Source: Calditrichales bacterium
GTDB lineage: Bacteria > Calditrichota > Calditrichia > Calditrichales > J004
Length of the DNA stretch: 64,000 bases
NCBI GenBank assembly: GCA_965267575.1
Contig: OZ254086.1
Span: forward strand, 3,008,001-3,072,000
Direction: 5' to 3'
Every line of letters begins with the position of its first letter. The stretch's first letter is position 1. Shown here piece by piece: positions 1 to 9,841 of this stretch. Under the pieces are notes generated by a model. The model searched no databases. It saw only the letters and a list, made by a program, of their open reading frames with translations, and was not told the origin of the DNA. The translations under genes were made by a program, and so were the position numbers.

Positions 1-1123
1 TCTGATCCCTGCCATTTTTATTTCCATTTTGCTTACCGGTAATCCGATTCCGCAATTGGGATTTGGCAGCACCCTTTCGGAAAGCGGTACATACCTGCTG
101 GATAAACTGGACAATCTGAACCAGGCGCTTGGGTTTAGTGCCTACACGGAACGGGGGGCAAAAAGTACCATTGATGTATTCTTTATTACGGCGGCGCTGA
201 TGGTGGGTACAGCCGGTCTGCCGCATGTTATTATCCGCTTCTTCACCGTTCCGAAAGTTTCTGATGCCCGTAAGTCTGCAGGTTACGCACTCTTATTTAT
301 TGCTATCCTTTATACAACGGCTCCGGCAGTTGCAGCATTTGCGCGCACCAATATGATCCAGACTCTGAACGAAACGCCCTATGAACAGGCACCTGCATGG
401 CTCACAAACTGGGAGCAAACCAACCTGATAAAGTTTGAGGACAAAAACGAAGACGGCATTATTCAATACCGCAAAGATCCTGAGGCAAACGAATTGACCA
501 TAGACCGCGATATTATCGTTCTGGCAAACCCTGAGATTGCCCAACTGCCGAATTGGGTAGTGGCGCTGGTGGCGGCGGGCGGACTCGCGGCAGCACTTTC
601 TACCGCTGCAGGGTTGCTGCTTGTTATTTCCACGTCAATTTCACATGACCTCATTAAAAATGTAATAGCGCGGGAGACAACCGAAAAACAGGAACTCGTC
701 TACGCCCGTGTCGCCGCCGGGTTTGCTGTTTTGCTGGCCGGCTATTTCGGAATCAATCCTCCCGGCTTTGTGGCGCAGGTGGTCGCCTTTGCTTTCGGGT
801 TGGCCGCCTCATCATTCTTCCCGGTTATCATTCTTGGGATCTTTTCCAAAAAGACTACCAAGGAAGCGGCTATTAGCGGTATGATAGTTGGTATCTTGTT
901 AACCGCAGGCTATATCATCTACTTCAAGTTCATAAACCCGGCTGCAAATACGGCCGACCACTGGTGGTTTGGCATTTCGCCCGAGGGTATCGGTACCGTT
1001 GGTATGGTTGTCAATTTTATCGTGGCCATAGTCGTATCGAAATTCACGGCCGCGCCACCGGATGACGTGCAGCAGATGATTGAAGATATACGCGTGCCTC
1101 GTGAACTGAGGTCGGGAATGTAA
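1..1123 (+). CDS. Sodium:solute symporter, ActP-like cation/acetate permease (5' end outside window)
   Basis: Frame is open from base 2; SSS motifs GTAGLPHVIIRFFTVP and AAGGLAAALSTAAGLLL; EF-hand-like loop DKNEDGIIQY; lies upstream of acs. Confidence 0.88.
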   Translation, partial: LIPAIFISILLTGNPIPQLGFGSTLSESGTYLLDKLDNLNQALGFSAYTERGAKSTIDVFFITAALMVGTAGLPHVIIRFFTVPKVSDARKSAGYALLFIAILYTTAPAVAAFARTNMIQTLNETPYEQAPAWLTNWEQTNLIKFEDKNEDGIIQYRKDPEANELTIDRDIIVLANPEIAQLPNWVVALVAAGGLAAALSTAAGLLLVISTSISHDLIKNVIARETTEKQELVYARVAAGFAVLLAGYFGINPPGFVAQVVAFAFGLAASSFFPVIILGIFSKKTTKEAAISGMIVGILLTAGYIIYFKFINPAANTADHWWFGISPEGIGTVGMVVNFIVAIVVSKFTAAPPDDVQQMIEDIRVPRELRSGM

Positions 1124-1133
1124 GACCGTTTTT

Positions 1134-1197
1134 ACCGGGCAGGATCTGGCTACCTGTGGATTGGCAGCTTTCGGGGATAAGATCCTGCCCGGTTTTT
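1134..1197 (+). terminator. 14-bp inverted repeat with T-tract between symporter and acs
   Basis: ACCGGGCAGGATCT (1134-1147) pairs with AGATCCTGCCCGGT (1180-1193), followed by TTTT; 32-nt loop is large for a terminator. Confidence 0.55.
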
Positions 1198-1238
1198 AAC
1201 AGGATGTGAAACATATTTAATTTCCGGAGGTGATTTCC

Positions 1239-3146
1239 ATGGCTGGTAATAACAAGCAATCTAACGAAGCGGATATCTATTATCCCTCGCAACAGGTTAT
1301 TGACAAGGCCAATGTAAAAGAATATGACGCTCTTTATAAAAAATCTATTGAAGATCGTGAAAGTTTTTGGGCGGAACAGGCAGCCAACCTGGAGTGGTTT
1401 GCCAAGTGGGAAAAAGTACTGGATGACAGCAATAAACCCTTTTATAAATGGTTCAGCGGTGGCAAGATAAATATTATCCACAACGCCATAGACCGGCATT
1501 TGAAAAACTGGCGCCGCAATAAACTGGCTATTATTTGGGAAGGCGAGCCGGGTGATGTTAAGACCTACTCCTATCACGCCCTAAACCGTGAAGTATCCAA
1601 GATGGCCAATATCTTAAAAAGCATGGGCGTGCGTAAGGGCGATATTGTGACTATCTATATGCCGCAAATCCCCGAACTGGCTTTTGCCATGCTGGCCTGC
1701 GCGAAGATAGGCGCGGCACACAGCGTGGTATATGGAGGTTTCAGCGTAGAGGCTTTGGCTGATCGTATAGACGATGCGAAAAGCCGGGTCTTGGTAACTG
1801 CCGATGGTGGTTTCCGCCGCGGTAAAGTGGCCGACCTGAAAGGCATCGTTAATGAAGCAATCAAGAGATCTCCTACCATTGAAGCATGTATTACGGTTAA
1901 GCGAACGGGGCATGAAGTATATATGGAAAATGACCGTGATTTTTGGTATCACGAACTTTGTTCTCTACCGATTGCCAGCCCCAAATGCGAAACGGAAGTG
2001 ATGGATGCCGAGGATATGCTTTTTATTCTCTATACCTCCGGCACTACCGGCAAGCCAAAGGGGGTTTTACACACGCATGGCGGCTATGCCGTTTACACAT
2101 CTACCACGCACAAAACAGTTTTTGATATTCAGGATGAAGATCGTTGGTGGTGCGCGGCTGATCCCGGCTGGATTACGGGCCATAGCTACATCGTTTACGC
2201 GCCGCTTATTAATGGCAGCACAATTATGATGTATGAAGGGGCGCCCAATCACCCCTATCCCAATCGCTGGTGGCAAATTGTTGAAAAATATGGCATTACA
2301 ATCCTTTACACTTCACCGACTGCCATACGCGGCCTTATGCGTTTTGGTGACCAGTGGCCGAGACGTCACGATATTAGTTCTTTGCGCTTGCTGGGCAGCG
2401 TGGGCGAGCCCATTAATCCCGAGGCCTGGCGCTGGTACTATAATGTGATTGGCGGCGAACGCTGCCCGATAATGGATACATGGTGGCAAACGGAAACAGG
2501 TGGATTTATGATTACTCCTCTACCTGTAACGCCATTAAAGCCCGGCTCGGCCACCAAGCCTTTCTTTGGAAACGAAGTGGCTGTGGTGGACGATGACGGA
2601 AATGAAGTTGCGCCCAATGAAGAAGGCAAACTTGTTATTAAAAATCCATGGCCGGGCATGGCGCGAACCATCTATGGCGATCCTGAACGCTACCAGGATA
2701 CCTATTGGAAAACCTACGAAAAGCAGGGCTGGTATACGGCCGGTGATTCCGCACGCATCGATGATGACGGTTATATCTGGGTTATTGGCCGGATCGACGA
2801 TGTGATTAAAGTTAGCGGCTATCGCCTTGGTACCGCTGAGATCGAAAGTGCCCTGGTCAGCCATTCCGATGTGGCTGAAGCTGCCGCCATAGCTTTGCCG
2901 CACGAACTGAAGGGTAACGCCATTCACGCCTATGTAATTCTACGCGCAGGAGTGGCAGGCGCCAATGAACTGGGCGATAAGCTTAAAGATCATGTTTCCA
3001 GAGAAATGGGACCGATTGCCCGGCCTGAAACGATAACATTTGTTGATGCGCTTCCTAAAACGCGTAGCGGAAAAATAATGCGGCGATTGCTGAAAGCGCG
3101 CGCTCAGGGCTTGGATGAAGGTGACACCAGTACCCTGGAAGAATAA
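1239..3146 (+). CDS. acs: Acetate--CoA ligase (AMP-forming acetyl-CoA synthetase)
   Basis: YTSGTTGKPKG, DTWWQTETGG, LPKTRSGKIMRRLL, terminal GDTSTLE; GGAGG RBS before ATG 1239. Confidence 0.95.
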   Translation: MAGNNKQSNEADIYYPSQQVIDKANVKEYDALYKKSIEDRESFWAEQAANLEWFAKWEKVLDDSNKPFYKWFSGGKINIIHNAIDRHLKNWRRNKLAIIWEGEPGDVKTYSYHALNREVSKMANILKSMGVRKGDIVTIYMPQIPELAFAMLACAKIGAAHSVVYGGFSVEALADRIDDAKSRVLVTADGGFRRGKVADLKGIVNEAIKRSPTIEACITVKRTGHEVYMENDRDFWYHELCSLPIASPKCETEVMDAEDMLFILYTSGTTGKPKGVLHTHGGYAVYTSTTHKTVFDIQDEDRWWCAADPGWITGHSYIVYAPLINGSTIMMYEGAPNHPYPNRWWQIVEKYGITILYTSPTAIRGLMRFGDQWPRRHDISSLRLLGSVGEPINPEAWRWYYNVIGGERCPIMDTWWQTETGGFMITPLPVTPLKPGSATKPFFGNEVAVVDDDGNEVAPNEEGKLVIKNPWPGMARTIYGDPERYQDTYWKTYEKQGWYTAGDSARIDDDGYIWVIGRIDDVIKVSGYRLGTAEIESALVSHSDVAEAAAIALPHELKGNAIHAYVILRAGVAGANELGDKLKDHVSREMGPIARPETITFVDALPKTRSGKIMRRLLKARAQGLDEGDTSTLEE

Positions 3147-3220
3147 TATATTGACGGTAATCGAGATAATAGGCAGGTTGTGAATTTTCTTGGAAAAATC
3201 ATTTCAAAATGGAGTATGTC

Positions 3221-5134
3221 ATGCGCTATCAGGAAGTATACAATCAATCCATAAAAAATCCTGAAGGGTTTTGGGCGGAACAGGCAGAAGATATTTTCTG
3301 GTTCCAAAAGCCGGAGAGTGTGCTTTCAAAGGATAAAAAAGGATTTTACCGCTGGTATAAAGGCGGCATGCTCAACACAGCCTACCTGGCTCTCGATTAC
3401 CATATTGAAACCGGCTATGGCGATCAGATCGCTTTGATCTATGATTCGCCGGTTACTGGCAAAAAACAAAAATTTACCTATCAGGAGTTGCGCGATAAAG
3501 TGGCGGCATTCAGCGGCGCCTTGCTTTCCCTCGGTGTGCGCAAGGGCGATCGTGTTGTGATTTATATGCCAATGATCCCGGAAGCAGTGATATCCATGCT
3601 TGGGTGCGCACGAATAGGCGCCATTCATTCCGTCGTGTTTGGCGGTTTCGCGCCGCATGAGCTGGCAATACGTATTGATGACGCTAAGCCCAAGGTTGTT
3701 ATCACCGCCAGCAACGGTATAGAATTTACGCGTGTTATTGCTTATAAGCCTTTAGTGGACAGCGCCATAAAACAGGCAAAACATAAACCGGAGTATTGTG
3801 TTGTTCTGCAACGGGAGCAGATGCAGGCGGAATTAAATAAATCCGGAGATATCGACTATAACGAACTTGTGGCCAAAGCAAGGCCCGGCGCCTATATACC
3901 GGTAGACTCGACCGACCCTCTTTACATTCTTTATACGTCTGGTACAACGGGCAAGCCCAAAGGTATTGTACGTGATAATGGCGGCCATGCAGTGGCTCTG
4001 AAGGCCAGTATAAAAAACATCTACGGGATAAACCGCGGTGACGTTTATTGGGCGGCATCTGATGTCGGCTGGGTGGTTGGTCACTCCTATATTGTTTATG
4101 CGCCTTTATTGGCCGGTGCTACAACCATATTGTTTGAAGGCAAGCCTGTTCGTACGCCGCATGCCGGTGTTTTTTGGCGTGTCCTGGCAGATTATAAAGT
4201 AAAGACTTTCTTCACCGCGCCTACTGCTTTCCGTGCCATGAAAAAGGAAGACCCTTTCGGCAGCTTTGCAAAAAATTACGATTTCAGCAATCTGAAATAT
4301 CTGTTTCTCGCGGGAGAACGGCTCGATCCGCCAACCTATTTCTGGCTTAAAGATTTGCTACCGGGCAAGCCGATTGTCGATCACTGGTGGCAAACGGAAT
4401 CGGGTTGGCCGATGGTTGCTAATCCTATGGGCATAGAGCAATTTGAAGTGAAAGCCGGCTCTGCAACGAAACCTGTCTACGGCTATGACGTGCAGGTTCT
4501 CGATGATGACGGCAAGCAGGTGAGGGCCAAAAGCGAAGGTAATATCGCCGTCAAGCTGCCGCTGCCGCCGGGGTGCCTGCCCACTTTATGGAACGATGAA
4601 AAGCGCTTTCGTGCATCCTACCTTGAGCGTTTCCCCGGTTACTACCACACCGGGGACGGGGGATATATCGATGAGGACGGTTATGTCTTTATTATGGGGC
4701 GAACCGACGATGTCATAAACGTGGCCGGGCACCGTCTTTCCACCGGTGCCATGGAAGAGCTTATCGCCAGCCATCCGGCCGTTGCAGAGTGCGCTGTTGT
4801 TGGATTAAATGATGAATTACGAGGACAGGTACCCGCCGGGTTTATTGTAATCAAAGACAGGTATAAGGTTGATGAGTATTCATTAAGCGGAGAGCTGGTT
4901 CAAATGATTCGTGAAGAAATCGGTTCTTTTGCTTACTTCCGCCAAACCGCCGTGGTTAAACGTCTGCCAAAAACACGATCGGGTAAAATATTGCGCCACA
5001 TAATTCGCAAAATGGCTGATGGTGAAGAATTCAATGTTCCTTCCACAATTGATGATGTTAAAATTCTTGATGAGATAAAAGAAGTATTGTATGATAAGCA
5101 AATCGGCAAGGCTTTCCAGACCGATGGCATCTAG
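3221..5134 (+). CDS. prpE: Propionyl-CoA synthetase
   Basis: YTSGTTGKPKGIVRDNGGHAVAL, AASDVGWVVGHSY, DHWWQTESGW; start could be 3209. Confidence 0.88.
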   Translation: MRYQEVYNQSIKNPEGFWAEQAEDIFWFQKPESVLSKDKKGFYRWYKGGMLNTAYLALDYHIETGYGDQIALIYDSPVTGKKQKFTYQELRDKVAAFSGALLSLGVRKGDRVVIYMPMIPEAVISMLGCARIGAIHSVVFGGFAPHELAIRIDDAKPKVVITASNGIEFTRVIAYKPLVDSAIKQAKHKPEYCVVLQREQMQAELNKSGDIDYNELVAKARPGAYIPVDSTDPLYILYTSGTTGKPKGIVRDNGGHAVALKASIKNIYGINRGDVYWAASDVGWVVGHSYIVYAPLLAGATTILFEGKPVRTPHAGVFWRVLADYKVKTFFTAPTAFRAMKKEDPFGSFAKNYDFSNLKYLFLAGERLDPPTYFWLKDLLPGKPIVDHWWQTESGWPMVANPMGIEQFEVKAGSATKPVYGYDVQVLDDDGKQVRAKSEGNIAVKLPLPPGCLPTLWNDEKRFRASYLERFPGYYHTGDGGYIDEDGYVFIMGRTDDVINVAGHRLSTGAMEELIASHPAVAECAVVGLNDELRGQVPAGFIVIKDRYKVDEYSLSGELVQMIREEIGSFAYFRQTAVVKRLPKTRSGKILRHIIRKMADGEEFNVPSTIDDVKILDEIKEVLYDKQIGKAFQTDGI

Positions 5135-5160
5135 TACAATATCCGGCACAAAGGAACATT

Positions 5161-5370
5161 ATGAGACTTAACAAAAAACAATCGGTCATATTTACCGCAA
5201 TTTATGTGTTTTTAACGCTCCTACTGCGTTTCTACATTGAGCCTTACCTTGCGGGTCACTATTTAATTTCCATCGGCATCGGCCTCTATTTTGTATTGCT
5301 CTATTGGGTGTTACTGCACAAGAAGTTTCTTAATTTCCGCGAAGAGAAAGGCAATTCTTTAAAGGCCTGA
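5161..5370 (+). CDS. Small two-TM hypothetical protein
   Basis: 69 aa, two hydrophobic segments, RBS AAGGAA. Confidence 0.6.
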   Translation: MRLNKKQSVIFTAIYVFLTLLLRFYIEPYLAGHYLISIGIGLYFVLLYWVLLHKKFLNFREEKGNSLKA

Positions 5371-5456
5371 AAACTCCAAATCTACATTGATTTTAGCTTT
5401 AATAATATCTTAGATTATTATCATAAAAATAGCTATACATTAATGATGGAAGCCTT

Positions 5457-7352
5457 GTGCAAAACCCGGTTGCCAAATTCTTAACCACGATTTCTCCATT
5501 CAATTACCTGCCTGAAGATGTTCTTGAAAAGATCTCCTCCAGGATCGAAATACGTGAAGAAAATCAGAATACGATTCTCTTCACGCAATCTCTGAGCAAA
5601 GTCGAAAGCCTGTGCGTTATTCAAAAAGGCGCGCTGGAGATCTACTATGATGACGGTAAGCAGAAAGTGCTGCAGGGCTTTCTCAGTGAAGGCGAAATGT
5701 ACGGCGGTATTTCGATTCTTTTGCATAACAAAAAGTCTATTCAAACGGTACGCGTACACGAAAAATCAACTTTGCTTTTTTTGCCTGCCGCCGAATTTTT
5801 ACGTCTTTGCCGCAACTATCATGAGTTTTCCTCCTTTTTCACAGATACGTTTGGCAAGCGTATGCTGGACAGATCCTATGCGGCGATAATTTCCAAATCT
5901 GCTCCGGAAGTTTTTGACAGCGGCATTTCCATTTTTCAGCAAAAAATTGAAGATATAGCCGGTGCAAAGCTGATTTCCTGCGATATCGGCATTTCGATTC
6001 GCGAAGCTGCGTCCATAATGTCGCGGTACAAAACAAGCGCCTTGCTGATAACGAAGGGCAAAACATTCACGGGAATCGTTACAGATAAGGACTTTCGCGA
6101 AAAAGTAGTGGCAGGTGGTCTAGATAGCAGCGATCCCGTCCAAGGGATCATGTCCAGCCCGCTGATTGTGCTGGAAAGTGATACGCCTGTTTTTGAAGCG
6201 CTGTTTTTTATGATGGACAAAAAGATAAAGCATCTCCTGATCGGGGCACGGGACAAGGGCATCTCCGGTATTGTAACCGACCGGGATATCGCCCTGGCTC
6301 AGGGGCAGTCTCCCATGCACCTTTTACAAAAAATAAGTTCCGCTCAAAGTGCTGAGGAACTGTTTCCTATTCACGGGATGTTGCCGCAAATTATCAAAAC
6401 GATGATCCAAAGTGGTGCAAGGGCCGAGCTTGTCAATCGTCTGGTCACTCACGTTTCTGATGAAACACTGAAAAAGCTTGTGGAACTGGCCGTTAAGAAG
6501 CTGGGCCAGGTGCCATGCCCGTTTGTATTTATGATTATGGGTAGCGAAGGACGCAGGGAGCAGACGCTCAAAACCGATCAGGATAATGCGATTGTATACG
6601 CAAACGACGGAAATGACGAAAAGACGAGTGACTATTTTTTGCGGCTGGGCGAAATGGTTTGCGATTGGTTGGACAAGGCAGGGTATACTTTGTGCAAAGG
6701 CAAGGTTATGGCGCAAAACCCGAAATGGTGCCAACCGCTGGATTCATGGAAAGAGTATTTCAGCAAGTGGATAGCGACACCGGAACCCATGGCGTTAATG
6801 CACGCAAGCATATTTTTCGATTTCAGGTGCGGGTATGGTGACGAGAGTTTGATTGATGCTTTGCGCGAACATCTGTTCGAGAAACTCTCCGTAAGGGAGA
6901 CAGGGCTTTTTTATTATCACCTGGCCCAAAATGCCATGCAATTTAAACCGCCGTTGGGCTTCTTTCGTAATTTTGTCGTGGAATCTCATGGTAAGCATAA
7001 AGATGCTTTTGATATCAAAAAGGCTATGACGCCCATTGTGGATTTTATGCGTCTGTATGCGCTGGCCAATAAAGTACCTGAGACCAATACGCTTAGAAGA
7101 CTACAATCGTTATATGAGCTTAATGTATTCAACCAAAACGAATATGACGAGTTGAAACAGTCTTATACATATCTTATGCAGTTGCGTTTTGCACGTCAGC
7201 TAAAAGCTATTTTAGAGGAACAGGCCGGGCCAGACAACTATATTGTTCCCGGAAGTCTGAGTCATATAGAGCAAAAATTGTTAAAAGAGATATTCAGCCT
7301 GATTGAAAATTTCCAACAAAAGCTGAGTGTAAAGTTTACCGGTATGGCTTAA
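5457..7352 (+). CDS. cNMP-binding/CBS/DUF294 putative nucleotidyltransferase
   Basis: N-terminal cNMP domain, CBS pair, GSEGRREQTLKTDQDNAI NTase motif, C-terminal FDIKK substrate-binding domain. Confidence 0.92.
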   Translation: MQNPVAKFLTTISPFNYLPEDVLEKISSRIEIREENQNTILFTQSLSKVESLCVIQKGALEIYYDDGKQKVLQGFLSEGEMYGGISILLHNKKSIQTVRVHEKSTLLFLPAAEFLRLCRNYHEFSSFFTDTFGKRMLDRSYAAIISKSAPEVFDSGISIFQQKIEDIAGAKLISCDIGISIREAASIMSRYKTSALLITKGKTFTGIVTDKDFREKVVAGGLDSSDPVQGIMSSPLIVLESDTPVFEALFFMMDKKIKHLLIGARDKGISGIVTDRDIALAQGQSPMHLLQKISSAQSAEELFPIHGMLPQIIKTMIQSGARAELVNRLVTHVSDETLKKLVELAVKKLGQVPCPFVFMIMGSEGRREQTLKTDQDNAIVYANDGNDEKTSDYFLRLGEMVCDWLDKAGYTLCKGKVMAQNPKWCQPLDSWKEYFSKWIATPEPMALMHASIFFDFRCGYGDESLIDALREHLFEKLSVRETGLFYYHLAQNAMQFKPPLGFFRNFVVESHGKHKDAFDIKKAMTPIVDFMRLYALANKVPETNTLRRLQSLYELNVFNQNEYDELKQSYTYLMQLRFARQLKAILEEQAGPDNYIVPGSLSHIEQKLLKEIFSLIENFQQKLSVKFTGMA

Positions 7353-9475
7353 TAAGTAATGCGGGCGTAGTATGTTTTTTGCGAAGCGCGGTAGGCCTGT
7401 TCCAGCGTTGCAATGCCCTTTTCCGCCAGCATCGGGAGAAGTTTAAGAAGTATCTCTGCTGTTACCTTTGCGTCACCCAGAGCGGTGTGCCGTCCGGAGA
7501 TAGTCAAGCCGAATCGTGAGGCGATGGCGTCCAGGCTATGGCTGTCCTGGTTCTCGTGGATTGAAGCAGAAAGCAGAAGCGTATCCAGCACCGGATTGTC
7601 AAACTTCAGGCCCAGCTTTTTTTCCTTGAGTTGTAAAAAACGCATGTCAAACGCGGCATTATGAGCAACAAGAACAGCATTCGCGCAATAAGCGTGAAAA
7701 GCCGGCAACACGCTTTCTATGGATGGCTGGCCCTTTAAGACCTGCTCGCTTATACCGGTAATTTCGGTTGTGAGGCTGGAAATTTTTCTTCCCGGATCCA
7801 CAAGTTGTTCATACTGTTCAGACAAAATTCTGCCATTTACAATTCTGACTGCTGCCAAGGAAATAATTTCGTCACCTTGCGATGGGTAAAGACCGGTTGT
7901 TTCAGCATCAAAAACAACATATTCCAGCTTGCTTAGCGCGGTGTGTTCCAGCTTTTTCAGCAAAGGCGTGTGTTTAAAAAGGTCAAAATCGTAAAACTCC
8001 GGCCGCGATCCATACAGAATATTTGGAGTTTTTATTTCGCTATGGGCAGCGTCTGCCCGGTTTAATAGGATGCGAATTACCTGCGTATCACCTTTTTCCG
8101 GAAACTGCCAGATGCGTGCATTGTGACGGCTTACTACGTCAGCTATGCTGAATGGAAGTTCCAGTTTGTTGGTTTCTATTTTACGTTCAAGCAATTCATC
8201 ACTTAGGGTAAAGCTCCCGCCATGCCACACAATATCAATCCTGACAAATTTTTCGTCACCGCTTGTCCTGAATGAAAGCTCCCTGCCCGTTGTTGTTTCA
8301 CTAATTTGCTTCACGAGAAATAGAAGCATGTTTACAAAGGAAAAGTTTTCTACGGCAACCCAGATATCTTCCGGGCACTTATCCGGCTTAAGTATTATGG
8401 GGGGCAGCGCGTTGGCGGCGCGACTAATCTGTGCAACCAGGCTTTCACATTGAATTTGTTCAAGCGGCCAGTCGATACCAAAGTGGTCTTTATAGCGTTC
8501 AATCGTTTTATTGATATGGGTCGTCATGCGTGACGCCTCTTCCAGGATAATGCGGTTAAAATCATCCCGTTGCGATTCCTGCATATCTTTATATCCCACG
8601 ATTGTTTCAATGGCCGCACGAATATTTGCCACGGACGAACGTATAGCATTAATGAGCGATTCCATCATTTCGTATCTGTCCAGGTCACGCCCCAACTCTT
8701 CCGAAAAATCATGAAGCATCAGGATAAAGCCGATGTTGCGGTTTTCGTGCAATACAGGGATAACGCGAATACGCAGGGTAACGGTTTCTGAAACAGCATA
8801 TACGAGCTGGGCGTATGGCTTATCGTGCTGTGTCCGTTTGTATGCAATCTCCTCCAAAGCGTGTGTAATAATTTCCCCGGGCAGGATTTTCGTTATATCG
8901 CGCCCAATGCCTACGAACTTTCCGGCGCTGCCCGCTTGCTCTCCGTTTCTCGTGAATATCTCCTGGGCTTTGTTGTTATACAAAACGATCATGCTGTTAT
9001 TGTTGCAGATAATAATACCATCATTCAATTCGGCTATAAGTGAAGCCAGTATGTTTTTTTCTTCTTCAAGATCATTCCGAGCTTCCGCAATTTTATTTTC
9101 AATCCCTGCCTCTATTTCGCGGATTTCCTGAAAATGACGGCTAATCAGGTCCGCCAGCTTTTGAAGTTCGCGGGCGCCTTTTGTTTTAAGGCAGTATGTA
9201 TGGTCGGAATTTTTTAGTATTTCGGCATCCTCCGCCAATTTGCGCAGGGGTATCAGGTAGCGGAAAAATATCCAGCGGGCTATATAGCTTAGCAGCAAGA
9301 TTAACACAACACTGCTGGAAAAAACATAAACCTTGCTGCTTACAAGCAGTTTTATCAGGTTGTTTTGGTCCGTGGCATCAAGCTGTAGCCAGAAACCTGC
9401 AATACCGATAAAAATAGCAACCAGCGGAAGTATGATAATTAGCAGCAATCCCGCCAGCAGAGTATGCCTTTTCAT
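7349..9475 (-). CDS. Membrane-anchored PAS/degenerate HisKA/DEDDh 3'-5' exonuclease (DnaQ-like)
   Basis: Two N-terminal TMs, HAMP/PAS-like region, SRPEFYDFDLF linker, ExoI VFDAETTGL, ExoII HNAAFD, ExoIII HTALGDA. Confidence 0.88.
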   Translation of the reverse strand: MKRHTLLAGLLLIIILPLVAIFIGIAGFWLQLDATDQNNLIKLLVSSKVYVFSSSVVLILLLSYIARWIFFRYLIPLRKLAEDAEILKNSDHTYCLKTKGARELQKLADLISRHFQEIREIEAGIENKIAEARNDLEEEKNILASLIAELNDGIIICNNNSMIVLYNNKAQEIFTRNGEQAGSAGKFVGIGRDITKILPGEIITHALEEIAYKRTQHDKPYAQLVYAVSETVTLRIRVIPVLHENRNIGFILMLHDFSEELGRDLDRYEMMESLINAIRSSVANIRAAIETIVGYKDMQESQRDDFNRIILEEASRMTTHINKTIERYKDHFGIDWPLEQIQCESLVAQISRAANALPPIILKPDKCPEDIWVAVENFSFVNMLLFLVKQISETTTGRELSFRTSGDEKFVRIDIVWHGGSFTLSDELLERKIETNKLELPFSIADVVSRHNARIWQFPEKGDTQVIRILLNRADAAHSEIKTPNILYGSRPEFYDFDLFKHTPLLKKLEHTALSKLEYVVFDAETTGLYPSQGDEIISLAAVRIVNGRILSEQYEQLVDPGRKISSLTTEITGISEQVLKGQPSIESVLPAFHAYCANAVLVAHNAAFDMRFLQLKEKKLGLKFDNPVLDTLLLSASIHENQDSHSLDAIASRFGLTISGRHTALGDAKVTAEILLKLLPMLAEKGIATLEQAYRASQKTYYARITY

Positions 9476-9841
9476 TTAACCTTGCAGGATTTCGTGAACT
9501 TTATTAACAAGTTCTTTGGTGGAGAATGGTTTAACTATGTAGCTGTCGGCGCCGGCGGATTTGCCCCGCTCAATATCGGCGTCGCGGCCTTTTGCTGTAA
9601 GCATAATAATCTTAACAGAGCTGTATTTTTTGTTTGCCCGCAATGTCTGGCATATCTCGAAGCCGCTGCGAAAGGGCAACATAACATCAAGCAGAATCAG
9701 GTCGGGCATATATTGCGGTACAATCTCCAGGGCTTCTTCTCCGCTGCGTGCCACGCGCACGTGATAGCCGTTTTGCATCATAAGAAATTCGAGAGATATT
9801 ACGATATTAGGTTCGTCGTCAACAATCAGCACTTTTTTCAT
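9476..9841 (-). CDS. Single-domain response regulator (receiver only)
   Basis: VDDEP, LLDVMLP, LTAK, KPFS; 121 aa, no output domain. Confidence 0.93.
   Translation of the reverse strand: MKKVLIVDDEPNIVISLEFLMMQNGYHVRVARSGEEALEIVPQYMPDLILLDVMLPFRSGFEICQTLRANKKYSSVKIIMLTAKGRDADIERGKSAGADSYIVKPFSTKELVNKVHEILQG

Noticed and set aside
7349..9475. Replicative DNA polymerase III epsilon (dnaQ)
   Set aside because: Membrane anchor, PAS region and acetate-locus context argue against the replicative subunit
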